Shown piece by piece: positions 28,903 through 39,104 of a stretch of 64,000 nucleotides of DNA (positions within the stretch are counted from its first letter, which is position 1; every line of letters begins with the position of its first letter). A program made the position numbers and the translations under genes. The notes below the pieces were generated by a model. The model saw nothing but the letters and a program-made list of their open reading frames with translations, was not told the origin of the DNA and did not search any database. Source of the DNA: an uncultured Candidatus Saccharibacteria bacterium (GTDB taxonomy: Bacteria; Patescibacteriota; Doudnabacteria; UBA920); assembly GCA_964532425.1 (NCBI GenBank), contig CAZHIA010000006.1:1343-65342 (forward strand), written 5' to 3'.

Positions 28903-29960
28903 AACCATATACATATGCTCTGACAATTGCGGCCGTTATGTTCTTGGCCGCTTCCTGCAATCCGTTCTCAAAGCCTGCAGGCGGCGGTGTCATTAAAACC
29001 GTGAACGGCGGAGCTGATTGGCAGTTTTCGAACGCCATGAAGAACGTTAAAAATGGGTCGCTCGCAACGCTGAATGTCTCCCGGATCATGCTGGACCCTG
29101 GTAATAGAGAAACCGTGTATGTCGGGGGTTATAACGGCGGATTATACAAGTCGGAAGATTCAGGGACGACGTGGACCCGGATTCTCTCTAAGATTTTCGT
29201 CTACGACTTTGCCATCCATCCGTCCGACAGCAAGACTATCTATGCTGCGGGATTCTATGATGGGCATGGCCGCGTGCTGTATACCAAAGACGGGGGAGCA
29301 ACCTGGCAAGAAGTCTACAATGAAGCCAGCGCGGATAATCCGGTGTGGGCCCTGGCTTTGAACCCTTCTAATCCCAGCCAATTGGCCATCGGTACCGGTA
29401 CCGGCGCGATCATTACGAGTTCGGATGCTGGATTGTCATGGCGGCTATGGAAAAATTTGGAAGATCGCGTATCCCGGATCGCTTGGCAAGGACAATCAGT
29501 GTACGTGCTCGCCAAAACAAAAGGCTTGTATCAGGCCGCTGCCTTAGGAGGCGACCTGACAACCTTGACCAAGCAACTCACCGGATCACCAACGGACATT
29601 TTGTCAGATCAGTATGCCAAGTCGTTCAATCAGATGTATATTGACCCGGTGACCACCTCGCTGATGTATGTAACCACCGATCGGGGGCTTTATAAAAGCA
29701 CGGACGGCGGCAAAAACTGGAATTACCTGAAGCTGCCGGTACAGGGCGGGCAGGCGAACGCCCGCGCTATTGCCGTGTCGAAAAGCAGCAGTAACGTCGT
29801 CTTTACCAGTGTCGGCGCTACGGTATATAAATCGGTTGACGGAGGCCAGAATTTCCAGACTCAGAGCGTTGCCACGAACGGATTTATCAACTATATTTTA
29901 ATAGACCCCCAGTTGCCGCAGATCGCGTACGGCGGGATCTATGTGCAGGGACAGCAATAG
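28899..29960 (+). CDS. BNR/YCF48-like beta-propeller lipoprotein
   Basis: Lipobox LAASC; repeated SxDGGxxW Asp-boxes. Confidence 0.85.
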   Translation: MKPYTYALTIAAVMFLAASCNPFSKPAGGGVIKTVNGGADWQFSNAMKNVKNGSLATLNVSRIMLDPGNRETVYVGGYNGGLYKSEDSGTTWTRILSKIFVYDFAIHPSDSKTIYAAGFYDGHGRVLYTKDGGATWQEVYNEASADNPVWALALNPSNPSQLAIGTGTGAIITSSDAGLSWRLWKNLEDRVSRIAWQGQSVYVLAKTKGLYQAAALGGDLTTLTKQLTGSPTDILSDQYAKSFNQMYIDPVTTSLMYVTTDRGLYKSTDGGKNWNYLKLPVQGGQANARAIAVSKSSSNVVFTSVGATVYKSVDGGQNFQTQSVATNGFINYILIDPQLPQIAYGGIYVQGQQ

Positions 29961-30017
29961 TTCAAAATTCAAAGTGCAAAATTCAAAATTTTGAACTTTT
30001 CATTTTTAACTTTTAAT
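29961..30017. repeat. inverted tandem heptamer element (TTCAAAA)
   Basis: TTCAAAATTCAAAGTGCAAAATTCAAAA-TTTTGAACTTTT. Confidence 0.7.
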
Positions 30018-30021
30018 TCTC

Positions 30022-30579
30022 ATGATTGATAGTATAATCAACACTCATAAGCCCGATTTTGACAAGGTTATCGAGCATTATAAATTTGAACTCGGCAGCG
30101 TCCGCACCGGACGGGCAAACCCGGCGCTGCTGTCGACGGTTCAGGTGGAAAGCTATGGGGCCAAGATGCCGCTCGAACATGTTGCTTCCGTTACGGTTTC
30201 GGACGCACGGACTTTGACCATCAGTCCATGGGACAAAGGGCAGATCCAGGCAATCGAGAAAGGCATTCAGATGGCTAATTTGGGATTCAATCCGTCCAAT
30301 GACGGCGTGGTCATCCGCATTACGCTGCCTCCGCTCAATGAGGAGCGCCGCAAGGAAATGGTTAAGCTCATTGGCCAGCTGGCGGAGAAAGCGCGGATTG
30401 GCATCCGGAATGCGCGGGAAGATATTTTGAAGGAAGTCAAACGCAATGAAAGCGACGGCAAGATCAGCAAGGACGATTTGGCTCATGCACAAAAGAAAGT
30501 ACAGGATATTGTCGACAAGCTCAATGACGAGGTCAAGCAGCTAGCAGAAGCGAAAGAGAAAGATGTGATGACGGTGTAA
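30022..30579 (+). CDS. frr: ribosome recycling factor
   Basis: RTGRANP, PPLNEERRKE. Confidence 0.96.
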   Translation: MIDSIINTHKPDFDKVIEHYKFELGSVRTGRANPALLSTVQVESYGAKMPLEHVASVTVSDARTLTISPWDKGQIQAIEKGIQMANLGFNPSNDGVVIRITLPPLNEERRKEMVKLIGQLAEKARIGIRNAREDILKEVKRNESDGKISKDDLAHAQKKVQDIVDKLNDEVKQLAEAKEKDVMTV

Positions 30580-30583
30580 CTTT

Positions 30584-30664
30584 ACAGTTGAACATTTGAC
30601 ACTTGACATGTGACATTTGACCAACTGCAGCCGGTTACATGTCAATGGTCAAAGGTTAATGTTG
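30584..30664. repeat. ACATTTG heptamer inverted element
   Basis: Same family as 6548. Confidence 0.85.
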
Positions 30665-30725
30665 AATAGAGCTTTAGTCCATTGATATATATTAGCTATT
30701 AGTTTAATCAAAAAAATAGGAATAG

Positions 30726-31862
30726 ATGTTGTTGACTACAATTACTTTTATCATCGTGTTCGGCGTCCTCGTCTTCGTTCACGAATTCGGGCATTTTTGG
30801 GTGGCCAAAAAAAGCGGAATGAAGGTGGACGAATTCGGGTTCGGTTTTCCGCCGCGCCTTGCAGGAATACAGCGGACGAACGGCAGGTGGTCATTTGTCT
30901 GGGGGCATAAACCGCCTCAGGATCCCGAGCAGACCGTTTATTCAATCAACTGGATCCCGCTCGGCGGTTTCGTCAAGATCGTTGGGGAAAACAATGACCA
31001 TGAAGAAGATCCCCGCAGCTTCGTCAACCGCCCGTTCTGGGGCCGCTTTTTTACCCTGGTAGCCGGAGTCTTTATGAATGTGGTGCTAGCCTGGGTGCTT
31101 ATCTCCATCGGTTTCATGATCAATTTGCCGGCGGAGATTAGCGGACCTTCGACGCCGCCCGCCCACGCCATCATTTCCAAGCCGCAGGTTATGATCCGCG
31201 ACTTGGTTGCTGGCTCTCCCGCGCAAAAGGCCGGCGCACAAGCCGGGGATATTATCCTTTCAGTCGATGGGAACCGTTTTATCGATTATGACCAGGTCCG
31301 TTCGTATATTCAGGGTAAGCCCGAACAGAATATCCAGTTCATACTTCAGCGTACGGATAAATCCGTTTCCCTGACTGTCCATGCCGACCGTTCCCAGGAG
31401 AGCGGCAAGGGCATGGTTGGGATTGAGATGGCGAATATTGCCAATGTCCGCTATCCGTGGTATTTGGCCTTCACTGAAGGGGCTAAGGGCGTGTTCTACC
31501 AGGCGTACAATATCGTGTCCGGGCTCGGACAGCTGGTGAGCGGCCATGTGGGTCTTAAGAGCCTCGGCGGTCCCGTCAAGATTGCCCAGCTGACCGGCCA
31601 GGCCCAGCGTCTGGGATTCATTTATTTGATGCAATTCGCTGCCTTCTTGAGCCTGAATCTGGCGATTTTAAATATTCTGCCGTTCCCGGCTCTCGATGGC
31701 GGGCGGGTATTGTTCCTGTTCATCGGCTGGTTCGTTGAAAAAATTACCGGAAAGAAGAATATCAACTTGCGGAACATCGAGCAGTGGGTCAACACCGTGG
31801 GGTTTGTGCTTCTTGTTTTGCTCATGCTGGCAGTGACGGTGAAGGATGTTATACAAAGGTAG
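30726..31862 (+). CDS. rseP: RIP metalloprotease RseP (M50) with PDZ domain
   Basis: HEFGH, PLGGFV, NILPFPALDGG. Confidence 0.95.
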   Translation: MLLTTITFIIVFGVLVFVHEFGHFWVAKKSGMKVDEFGFGFPPRLAGIQRTNGRWSFVWGHKPPQDPEQTVYSINWIPLGGFVKIVGENNDHEEDPRSFVNRPFWGRFFTLVAGVFMNVVLAWVLISIGFMINLPAEISGPSTPPAHAIISKPQVMIRDLVAGSPAQKAGAQAGDIILSVDGNRFIDYDQVRSYIQGKPEQNIQFILQRTDKSVSLTVHADRSQESGKGMVGIEMANIANVRYPWYLAFTEGAKGVFYQAYNIVSGLGQLVSGHVGLKSLGGPVKIAQLTGQAQRLGFIYLMQFAAFLSLNLAILNILPFPALDGGRVLFLFIGWFVEKITGKKNINLRNIEQWVNTVGFVLLVLLMLAVTVKDVIQR

Positions 31863-31867
31863 AAATT

Positions 31868-32328
31868 TGTTCCCCCTCTTCTCCTTAAGGAGAAGATGCC
31901 CGAAGGGCAGATGAGGTGATGTATGGCACTCGATCCAAAACTCATCGAGAGGTCCCGGCGACTTCGCAGAAACCAAACTCCCTGGGAAAAGAAAATGTGG
32001 GCACGGCTCAAAAATCGGGGCCTTGGTGGATACAAGTTCCGAAGGCAATTTGTGTTTGGAAATTATGTATTTGATTTTTGTTGCCAAGAACGGCTATTAT
32101 TAATAGAACTCGACGGTTCTCAGCATGTAATGGCGGAGAATATCTTAAGGGATGAGGAGAAAAAGGCTTCTGCCAGAAAAGCCGGGTACAAGGTATTGCG
32201 ATTCAACAATTCTGATATCGACAAAAATTTCGAAGGGGTATTGCAAGCTATTCTATCAGTTATTAAACTATGACCTCATTTGTCCGCCGAAGGCGGACAT
32301 CTTCTCCTAGAAGGAGAAGAGGGGAACA
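31868..32328 (+). mobile_element. DUF559 cassette bounded by palindromic inverted repeats
   Basis: 31868-31917 and 32273-32328 are near reverse complements. Confidence 0.7.
31923..32273 (+). CDS. DUF559 (Vsr-like) endonuclease
   Basis: LRRNQTPWE, KFRRQ, DFCC, IELDGSQH, VLRFNN. Confidence 0.92.
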   Translation: MALDPKLIERSRRLRRNQTPWEKKMWARLKNRGLGGYKFRRQFVFGNYVFDFCCQERLLLIELDGSQHVMAENILRDEEKKASARKAGYKVLRFNNSDIDKNFEGVLQAILSVIKL

Positions 32329-32337
32329 GGGAACATT

Positions 32338-34038
32338 ATGCGTCAATCGAAATATTTTTTAAAAACTAGCAAGACCGTTTCGGAAGAGGACAAGACCGCT
32401 TCGGCGCGGCTGCTGAAGCAGGCCGGGTTCATCCGCGAATCGGTAGCGGGTCGTTATTATTTTCTGCCTGCCGGCCAGCGGGTCCAGCAGAAGATCATGG
32501 ATATCATTCGGGAAGAGATGAATGCCGCCAGTGCCCAGGAAATGCTGGCCCCGACTTTGCACCCGCTCGAACTGTGGAAGGAGACGAACCGGACGAGCAC
32601 GACGGGGTTTGAACTCATGAAAGTCAAGGATCGCCGGGAGAGTGAGTTCGCCCTGGGTGGTACGGCAGAAGAAATGTTCGTTGACCTGGTACGGAAATTC
32701 GAGATCAGTTATAAGGATTTGCCGTTCAACCTCTATCAATTTTCCAACAAGTTCCGCGACGAGCTGCGTGCCCGCGGCGGACTCTTGCGCGTGCGGGAAT
32801 TCATTATGAAGGATGCCTACTCGTTCCATCGCGATGAGGCGGATTTCCGCACGGAATACGAAAAGATGAAAACGGTCTACCATCGGATTTTCGAGCGGAT
32901 GGGTCTGGAAACTGCTATTGTCGAATCTGATAACGGTTATATCGGCGGTGAGTACTGTCATGAGTTTATTGTCGAATCAGAGGTGGGGGAGAGTCGATTT
33001 TTTGCGACTGAAGACGGCAGCTATGCAGCCCATGAAGATGTAGCTAAATTCGTCCGTTACAGCGAGGAAGCGGCTGAGGAGTTGAAATCTCGGGAGGACG
33101 TGGAGGGGGTTGGGATTATCGGCGTAGAGGAATTGGCCAAATTTTTGAAAATTCCAGCAGAGAAGACTACGAAGACTATTTTGTTCGAAACGGAAAAAGG
33201 TGAAGTTATTGCCGCTGCGGTCAATGGCATCTATGACGTTAATGAGGTTAAACTCCAGCATGCGGTCGGCTGCAGCCAGCTGACACTGGCCAGTCAGGAA
33301 ACGGTTAAGAAGGTCACCGGAGCGGAGATTGGCTATGCCGGCATACTGAACCTGCCGCCTGAGGTCAAGGTATTTATGGATGAATCACTCCAGGGGCGCA
33401 GTAACTTCGAATGCGGTGCTAACAAGACAAACTTCCATTCCGTCAACATCAACTTCGGGCGTGACCTGCCGCTGCCGGAACGGTTTTATGATATCGCTTT
33501 GGCCAAAGAAGGGTGCCTGGCTCCTGATGGCAAGCAGAAACTGGTAGAAAAACGCGGCATAGAAGTCGGTAATATTTTCCAACTCGGCTATCACTATTCC
33601 AAGCTTATGCAAGGGGCAACATTCACCGACACGGACGGTTTGCAACAGCCCTACTATATGGGATGTTACGGTATCGGTCTGGGTCGATCCATGGCCGCAG
33701 TCGTGGAAAAACATCATGACGATAAAGGGATGATGTGGCCGGACCAGGTTGCGCCGTTTGCTGTCCATTTGATTGCACTGAATGTCGACAAGCCGGAGGT
33801 TAAGGCGGCGGCGGATGATTTGTATGGAAAACTGCTTGCCGCTGGCGTGGAAGTATTGTATGATGACAGGGAAGCGAGTGCGGGAGTCAAATTCGCCGAT
33901 AGTGATCTTGTCGGTATTCCGGCTCGCATCGTTATCTCGACAAAAACCCTGGCTTCGCAATCAGCAGAGTTGAAAAAAAGAACCGAAGAAAAAGCGGAAT
34001 TGGTGCCCATCGAGAGCCTTATCGCCTCATATAAATAA
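32338..34038 (+). CDS. proS: proline--tRNA ligase with editing domain
   Basis: FRDELRARGGLLRVREFIMKDAYSF, IEVGNIFQLG, MGCYGIG. Confidence 0.96.
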   Translation: MRQSKYFLKTSKTVSEEDKTASARLLKQAGFIRESVAGRYYFLPAGQRVQQKIMDIIREEMNAASAQEMLAPTLHPLELWKETNRTSTTGFELMKVKDRRESEFALGGTAEEMFVDLVRKFEISYKDLPFNLYQFSNKFRDELRARGGLLRVREFIMKDAYSFHRDEADFRTEYEKMKTVYHRIFERMGLETAIVESDNGYIGGEYCHEFIVESEVGESRFFATEDGSYAAHEDVAKFVRYSEEAAEELKSREDVEGVGIIGVEELAKFLKIPAEKTTKTILFETEKGEVIAAAVNGIYDVNEVKLQHAVGCSQLTLASQETVKKVTGAEIGYAGILNLPPEVKVFMDESLQGRSNFECGANKTNFHSVNINFGRDLPLPERFYDIALAKEGCLAPDGKQKLVEKRGIEVGNIFQLGYHYSKLMQGATFTDTDGLQQPYYMGCYGIGLGRSMAAVVEKHHDDKGMMWPDQVAPFAVHLIALNVDKPEVKAAADDLYGKLLAAGVEVLYDDREASAGVKFADSDLVGIPARIVISTKTLASQSAELKKRTEEKAELVPIESLIASYK

Positions 34039-34146
34039 CCGATAGGTGGTCTGAAAACCAAAATAAAACTAAAAATGCAATGTTATATGCATTTTTAGTT
34101 TTATATTGTCTTGGTGAAAGTTGTCACGTTTTGTAGAGGCAGGTAT

Positions 34147-34288
34147 GAGGCAGGCAGGCTGGATAAAATTTGTTTTGCCTTCCGCCTTGCTTGCCTACCG
34201 GTAGGCAAGCCCACCCAGTACTTGCGTTTTAACACCCTTCAGTGATGGCAAGGCGTGGGGCAAAAAATTTTACCAACCTGCCTGCCTC
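34147..34288. repeat. long compound palindrome with a nested REP-like hairpin
   Basis: GAGGCAGGCAGG...CCTGCCTGCCTC; nested GCTTGCCTACCGGTAGGCAAGC. Confidence 0.8.
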
Positions 34289-34362
34289 ACCGGGACACGA
34301 AAAATTAACTAGTCGCCCGTCTTTCATACAAATACTTAAAATTTTAATAACCAAATTATCAA

Positions 34363-35415
34363 GTGCTAGAAAAAGTCTACCAAAAATTCAGCAAAGACAT
34401 TGGCATTGATCTGGGTACGGCCAACACGCTGGTCTATGTCAAAGGCAAGGGGATCGTGATCAACGAGCCGTCCGTGGTCGCGGTTAATCAGCGTACCAAA
34501 CAGATCCTGGCCATCGGCAACGAAGCCAAGCGCATGGTCGGCCGTACGCCTCCCCACATTGTCGCTACCCGCCCGCTCGTGGACGGGGTGATTTCCGATT
34601 TCGAAGTGACCGAGCAGATGCTGCGGTATTTTATCGACAAAGTGCACGCGCAGACATATTCGTTCCTTCGCCGGCCGCGCGTAGTCATTGGCATTCCTTC
34701 GGGCGTGACCGAAGTGGAAAAGCGCGCGGTACAGGATGCCTCCATTAATGCCGGGGCGAGCCAGGCCTTTTTGATAGAAGAACCGATGGCCGCGGCTATT
34801 GGCAGTCGTTTGCCGGTCCAAGATCCGCAAGGCTCCATGATTGTCGACATTGGCGGCGGTACGGCTGAGATTGCGGTTATTTCGCTAGGCGGCATTGTCA
34901 TTTCCCGGAGCATTCGGGTGGCCGGTGACGAAATGAACGAGAATATCATCCAATATGCCCGCGAAAATTTCAATCTGCTGCTTGGCGAGCGGTCAGCCGA
35001 GGAAGTCAAGATTAAAATCGGCAGCGCCTATCCGCAGGAAGAACCGCTGTTTGCCCAGATGCGCGGGCGCGATTTAGTCTCCGGCCTGCCGAAAGAAGTG
35101 ACGATCAATGATACCCAGGTGCGCGAAGCGCTCCTGCCCTCGTTGCGGGTCATTGTCAATAATATTAAGAATGTTATTGAAGAAATTCCTCCGGAAATTA
35201 TTTCCGACATTATGCACCGCGGTATTGTCCTAGCCGGAGGGGGTGCTCTCTTGCGCGGTTTGGACCGTCTGGTCAACGAGACGACTTCCATGCCGATCAC
35301 CGTAGCTGAAGATCCGCTGACCTGCGTAGCCCGCGGTGCCGGCGTGGTCGTGGAAGACCTGGAGACTTTGAAAGACGTCCTGGTGGCGACGGAGTTTAGC
35401 AGCCTGCCGAGATAG
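34363..35415 (+). CDS. mreB: rod shape-determining protein MreB
   Basis: IGIDLGTANT, EEPMAAAIG, DIGGGT. Confidence 0.97.
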   Translation: MLEKVYQKFSKDIGIDLGTANTLVYVKGKGIVINEPSVVAVNQRTKQILAIGNEAKRMVGRTPPHIVATRPLVDGVISDFEVTEQMLRYFIDKVHAQTYSFLRRPRVVIGIPSGVTEVEKRAVQDASINAGASQAFLIEEPMAAAIGSRLPVQDPQGSMIVDIGGGTAEIAVISLGGIVISRSIRVAGDEMNENIIQYARENFNLLLGERSAEEVKIKIGSAYPQEEPLFAQMRGRDLVSGLPKEVTINDTQVREALLPSLRVIVNNIKNVIEEIPPEIISDIMHRGIVLAGGGALLRGLDRLVNETTSMPITVAEDPLTCVARGAGVVVEDLETLKDVLVATEFSSLPR

Positions 35416-35418
35416 CAA

Positions 35419-35490
35419 AACATTTAACATGTGACATTTGACCTTTGACATGTATCTCAGTTAAATGTCAATTGTCAAATGTCAAAGGTT
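35419..35490. repeat. ACATTTG heptamer inverted element
   Basis: Same family as 6548. Confidence 0.85.
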
Positions 35491-35498
35491 GTTCTTAC

Positions 35499-36302
35499 AT
35501 GCGTTTCATTTATAGCCGTGTCTTTGGAATCTTCTTTGCCTGTCTCGTGGCCCTCGCAATATTGGTTTTTGCCGAAACCAAAGGCTGGCTGTTTCCAGTC
35601 CGCGAGGTGCTGCTGTCAGCTCCGCGCCCAGTTGCTGCTGCGGTCCGCGGCGTGGCCCGGCCGGTGAGCAATTTTTTCGCCACTATTTACCAGCTCAGGA
35701 ATATCACCCGCGAGAATGTTCAGCTTACTTCGCGCGTATCCGCGCTTGAGCAGGACCTTGTCCAGTTGGACCAGTATAAACGGGAAAACGACGCGCTCAA
35801 AGCCGAGCTTGGCTTTGCAGCCGCAGCCCGCCAATCATACCAAAGCTGCACAGTGCTGGCCTACAATCCTTTGAATCTGACCGATACGCTCCAATTAAAT
35901 TGCGGGAGCGAAGCGGGTATCCAGCAGGGGGCCGCGGTGGTCAGCCAGGGGTATCTTGTCGGGAAAGTCATGTATGTCACGCGCGGCTCCAGTACGGTGC
36001 TTTTGATCACCAGTTCCAAATTCCAGGCGGATGCGCGCGTCAGCAAGACCAATGCAGCGGGCATTATCGGCGGCTCCTTTAGTACCGGTATCATTCTGGA
36101 CCGGCTGTCGCAGAATGACGACCTGCAAAAAGGCTGGGTAGTTGTCACGGCGGGTATTAATTCCAACATTCCGAAAAACATTTTGGTAGGGCAGGTTGGG
36201 GATGTTATTTCCCACCCGAACGACCTGTTCAAAAAAGCCACCGTCTTGAGTCCTATTGACTACGAAAATATCAAGTTCGTGTTTGTGGCGAAAGGCCAAT
36301 AA
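35499..36302 (+). CDS. mreC: rod shape-determining protein MreC
   Basis: TM, coiled coil (ENDALK), GYLVGKV, VVTAG; gene order. Confidence 0.92.
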   Translation: MRFIYSRVFGIFFACLVALAILVFAETKGWLFPVREVLLSAPRPVAAAVRGVARPVSNFFATIYQLRNITRENVQLTSRVSALEQDLVQLDQYKRENDALKAELGFAAAARQSYQSCTVLAYNPLNLTDTLQLNCGSEAGIQQGAAVVSQGYLVGKVMYVTRGSSTVLLITSSKFQADARVSKTNAAGIIGGSFSTGIILDRLSQNDDLQKGWVVVTAGINSNIPKNILVGQVGDVISHPNDLFKKATVLSPIDYENIKFVFVAKGQ

Positions 36303-36305
36303 TAT

Positions 36306-36405
36306 AATTGACAAAATTTAAAAAATTGACATAATTGACAAAAATAAAATGCAGTCTGGTTTCCTAATTTTGTCAATTTTGTCAATTATGTCAATTTTGT
36401 CAATT
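36306..36405. repeat. AATTGACAA 9-mer inverted element
   Basis: Sister copy at 36943-37043. Confidence 0.9.
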
Positions 36406-36410
36406 AGTCT

Positions 36411-36944
36411 ATGAAATACCTTCTCTACGCCCTCACCATCATCGTCCTCGCCGGTCTCAACATCGGTCTGTTCCCATTTATTCGTATTATGGGGGCCGCA
36501 CCGAGTTTGTTATTGGTTTTTTTGACTATCTCAGCGCTCGAGAAGGACTCCCTGGACTTTATTTTTATCGCGTTTTGTGGGGGGCTTATTGCGGATGCTT
36601 ATAGTGGTGCATACTTCGGTGCGTATACGCTGGCCTTTCTGTTGCTTTCCCTTCTGCTGTACCTGACCGTGCAGCGCTTGTTCGCCGTAAACATGAACTG
36701 GAAATACTTGGTAGTAACCATGGCCATTGTGACTATATTTGTCAATTGTGCAGTCTGGTTATACTCCGTGTTGGTCTATAAGGCAGGCTTGGCCCCGCTA
36801 GCCATAGAATGGCATCTGGTTCGCAAGCTGATACTTCCTGAATCGGCCTATAACATTTTGATGCTCTACCCCATCTACATTCTTTCCGTATTTTTGCGCA
36901 ACACCATTGCCGATCTGGCCATGAAGAAACACTACCTTAGGTAA
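36411..36944 (+). CDS. mreD: rod shape-determining protein MreD
   Basis: Multi-TM protein with GLIAD motif, between mreC and mrdA. Confidence 0.88.
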   Translation: MKYLLYALTIIVLAGLNIGLFPFIRIMGAAPSLLLVFLTISALEKDSLDFIFIAFCGGLIADAYSGAYFGAYTLAFLLLSLLLYLTVQRLFAVNMNWKYLVVTMAIVTIFVNCAVWLYSVLVYKAGLAPLAIEWHLVRKLILPESAYNILMLYPIYILSVFLRNTIADLAMKKHYLR

Positions 36945-37043
36945 TTGAGCAAAATTTAAAAAATTGACAAAATTGACAAAATTAGGAAACCAGACTGCAT
37001 TTTATTTTTGTCAATTATGTCAATTATGTCATTTTTGTCAATT
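36943..37043. repeat. AATTGACAA 9-mer inverted element
   Basis: Core is the reverse complement of the 36306 copy. Confidence 0.9.
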
Positions 37044-37048
37044 CTTCT

Positions 37049-38992
37049 ATGCGTAATCCCTTTGAGGTCTACACATCCGTCACCCGCGGTAAGAATCCGC
37101 GGCCGCTCGACTGGGAGGAGTCAGCCTTGGATAGCCAGAGCTATGTCGAAGGGTTTTTCGACGATGACCGCACTCCGCCAGGCCTGGCATGGCTCTGGGC
37201 AATTTTAATCGTCACGTTTCTGATTGTCGGGGGCAAGGTCTTTTACCTCCAGGTCATTAAAGGGCCTGGCTTTCGTGTGCTTTCCGATAATAACCGCATC
37301 CGCAGCCAGACGATCCTGGCGCCGCGCGGACTCATTAAGGATCGCTACGGAGATGTGTTGGCGCAAAATACCGCCAGCTTCAATCTGGTAGCTATCCCAA
37401 CCGATTTACCGAAGACCGGCTGGGAGGATGAACTGAGGACGCTGGGACAGACCTTCGGTTTTGACCCGGCTGACGCGATTAGCCGGCTCTCAAACATCGG
37501 ACGCGGTTCTTTCGAACCGGTGATCATAAAGCAAGACCTAAGCGGGGAACAGAGCATCCTATTTGAAACCAATGCTTCAAAATTTATCGGTTTTTCCGTC
37601 CAGAAGATTCCTATTCGGGAATATTTGGAGCCGCAAGTCTTTTCGCATGCGCTCGGTTATCCTGGATTGATTTCGGCCAGCGAATTGCAGCAGGTTGACC
37701 GGAAGCAGTACGATACCGCCGACTTTATCGGCAAGACCGGAATCGAAGCACAGTATGAAAAATTCCTCCATGGCACGAATGGAGAGAATTTGATCGAGGT
37801 TGATGCTACCGGCAAGCTGCTTGATGTCATTGGGGAAAATTCTCCAAAGCCCGGTAATACGCTTATTCTGAATATCGACAAAGGCTTGCAGGAGACCCTC
37901 TACAAAGGTTTTAAAGAGGGGACTAAAGGTGCGGCTGTTGCTATTGATCCGCGCAACGGGGAAGTGCTGGCATTGGTCAGCGTACCGGGATTTGATAACA
38001 ACCAGTTTGCTCATGGGATCAAACAGGACGAATATCAGTCGCTTCTTTCCGACAAATCACTGCCGCTTTTCAACCGCTCGATTTCTGGCACGTATCCTCC
38101 CGGGTCGACCGTGAAGCCGGTGGTGGCGACTGCGGCCCTGCAGGAAGGCGTGATTACTGAAAAGACGGTTGTCAATGATCGTGGCGTGCTTGTTGTGCCT
38201 AACCAGTACAATCCTTCCATTAGTTACGATTTTCATGGCTGGAAACCCGGCGGGCTCGGACCGGTCACTGTCCGTTCGGCGATCGCTTTGAGCAGTGATA
38301 TTTTCTTTTATGCAACAGCCGGCGGAGCTCCGAACACGCAGATTAAGGACGGTCTTGGCGCCCAGCGCTTGGCTGACTGGTACAAAAAGTTCAATCTTGG
38401 ACAAGCTACCGGCATTGATCTCCAGGGGGAGAAGCCGGGGGTGGTGCCTGACCCGGCATGGAAAGCAAAGGCCTTTGCCTCGGATCCCATTATGAGCAAA
38501 TGGTATTTGGGCGATACGTACCATATTGGCATCGGGCAGGGAGACTTGCTCGTGACGCCGCTGCAGGTAGCGGAATGGACCGCAGCTATTGCCAACGGCG
38601 GTACGAACTTCAAGCCGCAACTGGCCAATAAAGTCATTGATAGCAATGGTAACACCATTTGGGAGAACAAGCCCCAGGTGCTGGTGAACCGGGTAGCGGA
38701 CGATTCTGTGGTTAAGATTGTTCGGGAAGGCATGCGCGAAACGGTGTTGTCCGGTACTGCGCGTCCTTTGAATACCTTGCCTATCTCTTCAGCAGGAAAA
38801 ACCGGCACTTCCCAGTTCGACGGGGCTGATCCGAGCCGGACCCATGCTTGGTTTACCTCTTTTGCCCCGTACGAACAGCCGCACATCGTCATTACGGTGC
38901 TGGTGGAGGCCGGAGGTGAAGGCAATGAAGCAGCCGAGCCAATCGTTAAAGAAGCGCTACAGTGGTGGGCTGAGAACAGGTATGGGAAATAA
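37049..38992 (+). CDS. mrdA: penicillin-binding protein 2
   Basis: APRGLIKDR, STVK, SSD, KTGT. Confidence 0.95.
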   Translation: MRNPFEVYTSVTRGKNPRPLDWEESALDSQSYVEGFFDDDRTPPGLAWLWAILIVTFLIVGGKVFYLQVIKGPGFRVLSDNNRIRSQTILAPRGLIKDRYGDVLAQNTASFNLVAIPTDLPKTGWEDELRTLGQTFGFDPADAISRLSNIGRGSFEPVIIKQDLSGEQSILFETNASKFIGFSVQKIPIREYLEPQVFSHALGYPGLISASELQQVDRKQYDTADFIGKTGIEAQYEKFLHGTNGENLIEVDATGKLLDVIGENSPKPGNTLILNIDKGLQETLYKGFKEGTKGAAVAIDPRNGEVLALVSVPGFDNNQFAHGIKQDEYQSLLSDKSLPLFNRSISGTYPPGSTVKPVVATAALQEGVITEKTVVNDRGVLVVPNQYNPSISYDFHGWKPGGLGPVTVRSAIALSSDIFFYATAGGAPNTQIKDGLGAQRLADWYKKFNLGQATGIDLQGEKPGVVPDPAWKAKAFASDPIMSKWYLGDTYHIGIGQGDLLVTPLQVAEWTAAIANGGTNFKPQLANKVIDSNGNTIWENKPQVLVNRVADDSVVKIVREGMRETVLSGTARPLNTLPISSAGKTGTSQFDGADPSRTHAWFTSFAPYEQPHIVITVLVEAGGEGNEAAEPIVKEALQWWAENRYGK

Positions 38993-39029
38993 ATTGATGA
39001 AATACCGAAGAAATGGTATTTTAAATGCA

Positions 39030-39098
39030 GACAGTTGACATGTGACATTTAACCTTTGACATATATGGTCACATGTTACGTGTTAAAGGTTAAATGTT
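39030..39098. repeat. ACATTTG heptamer inverted element
   Basis: Same family as 6548. Confidence 0.85.
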
Positions 39099-39104
39099 TT
39101 TAAT

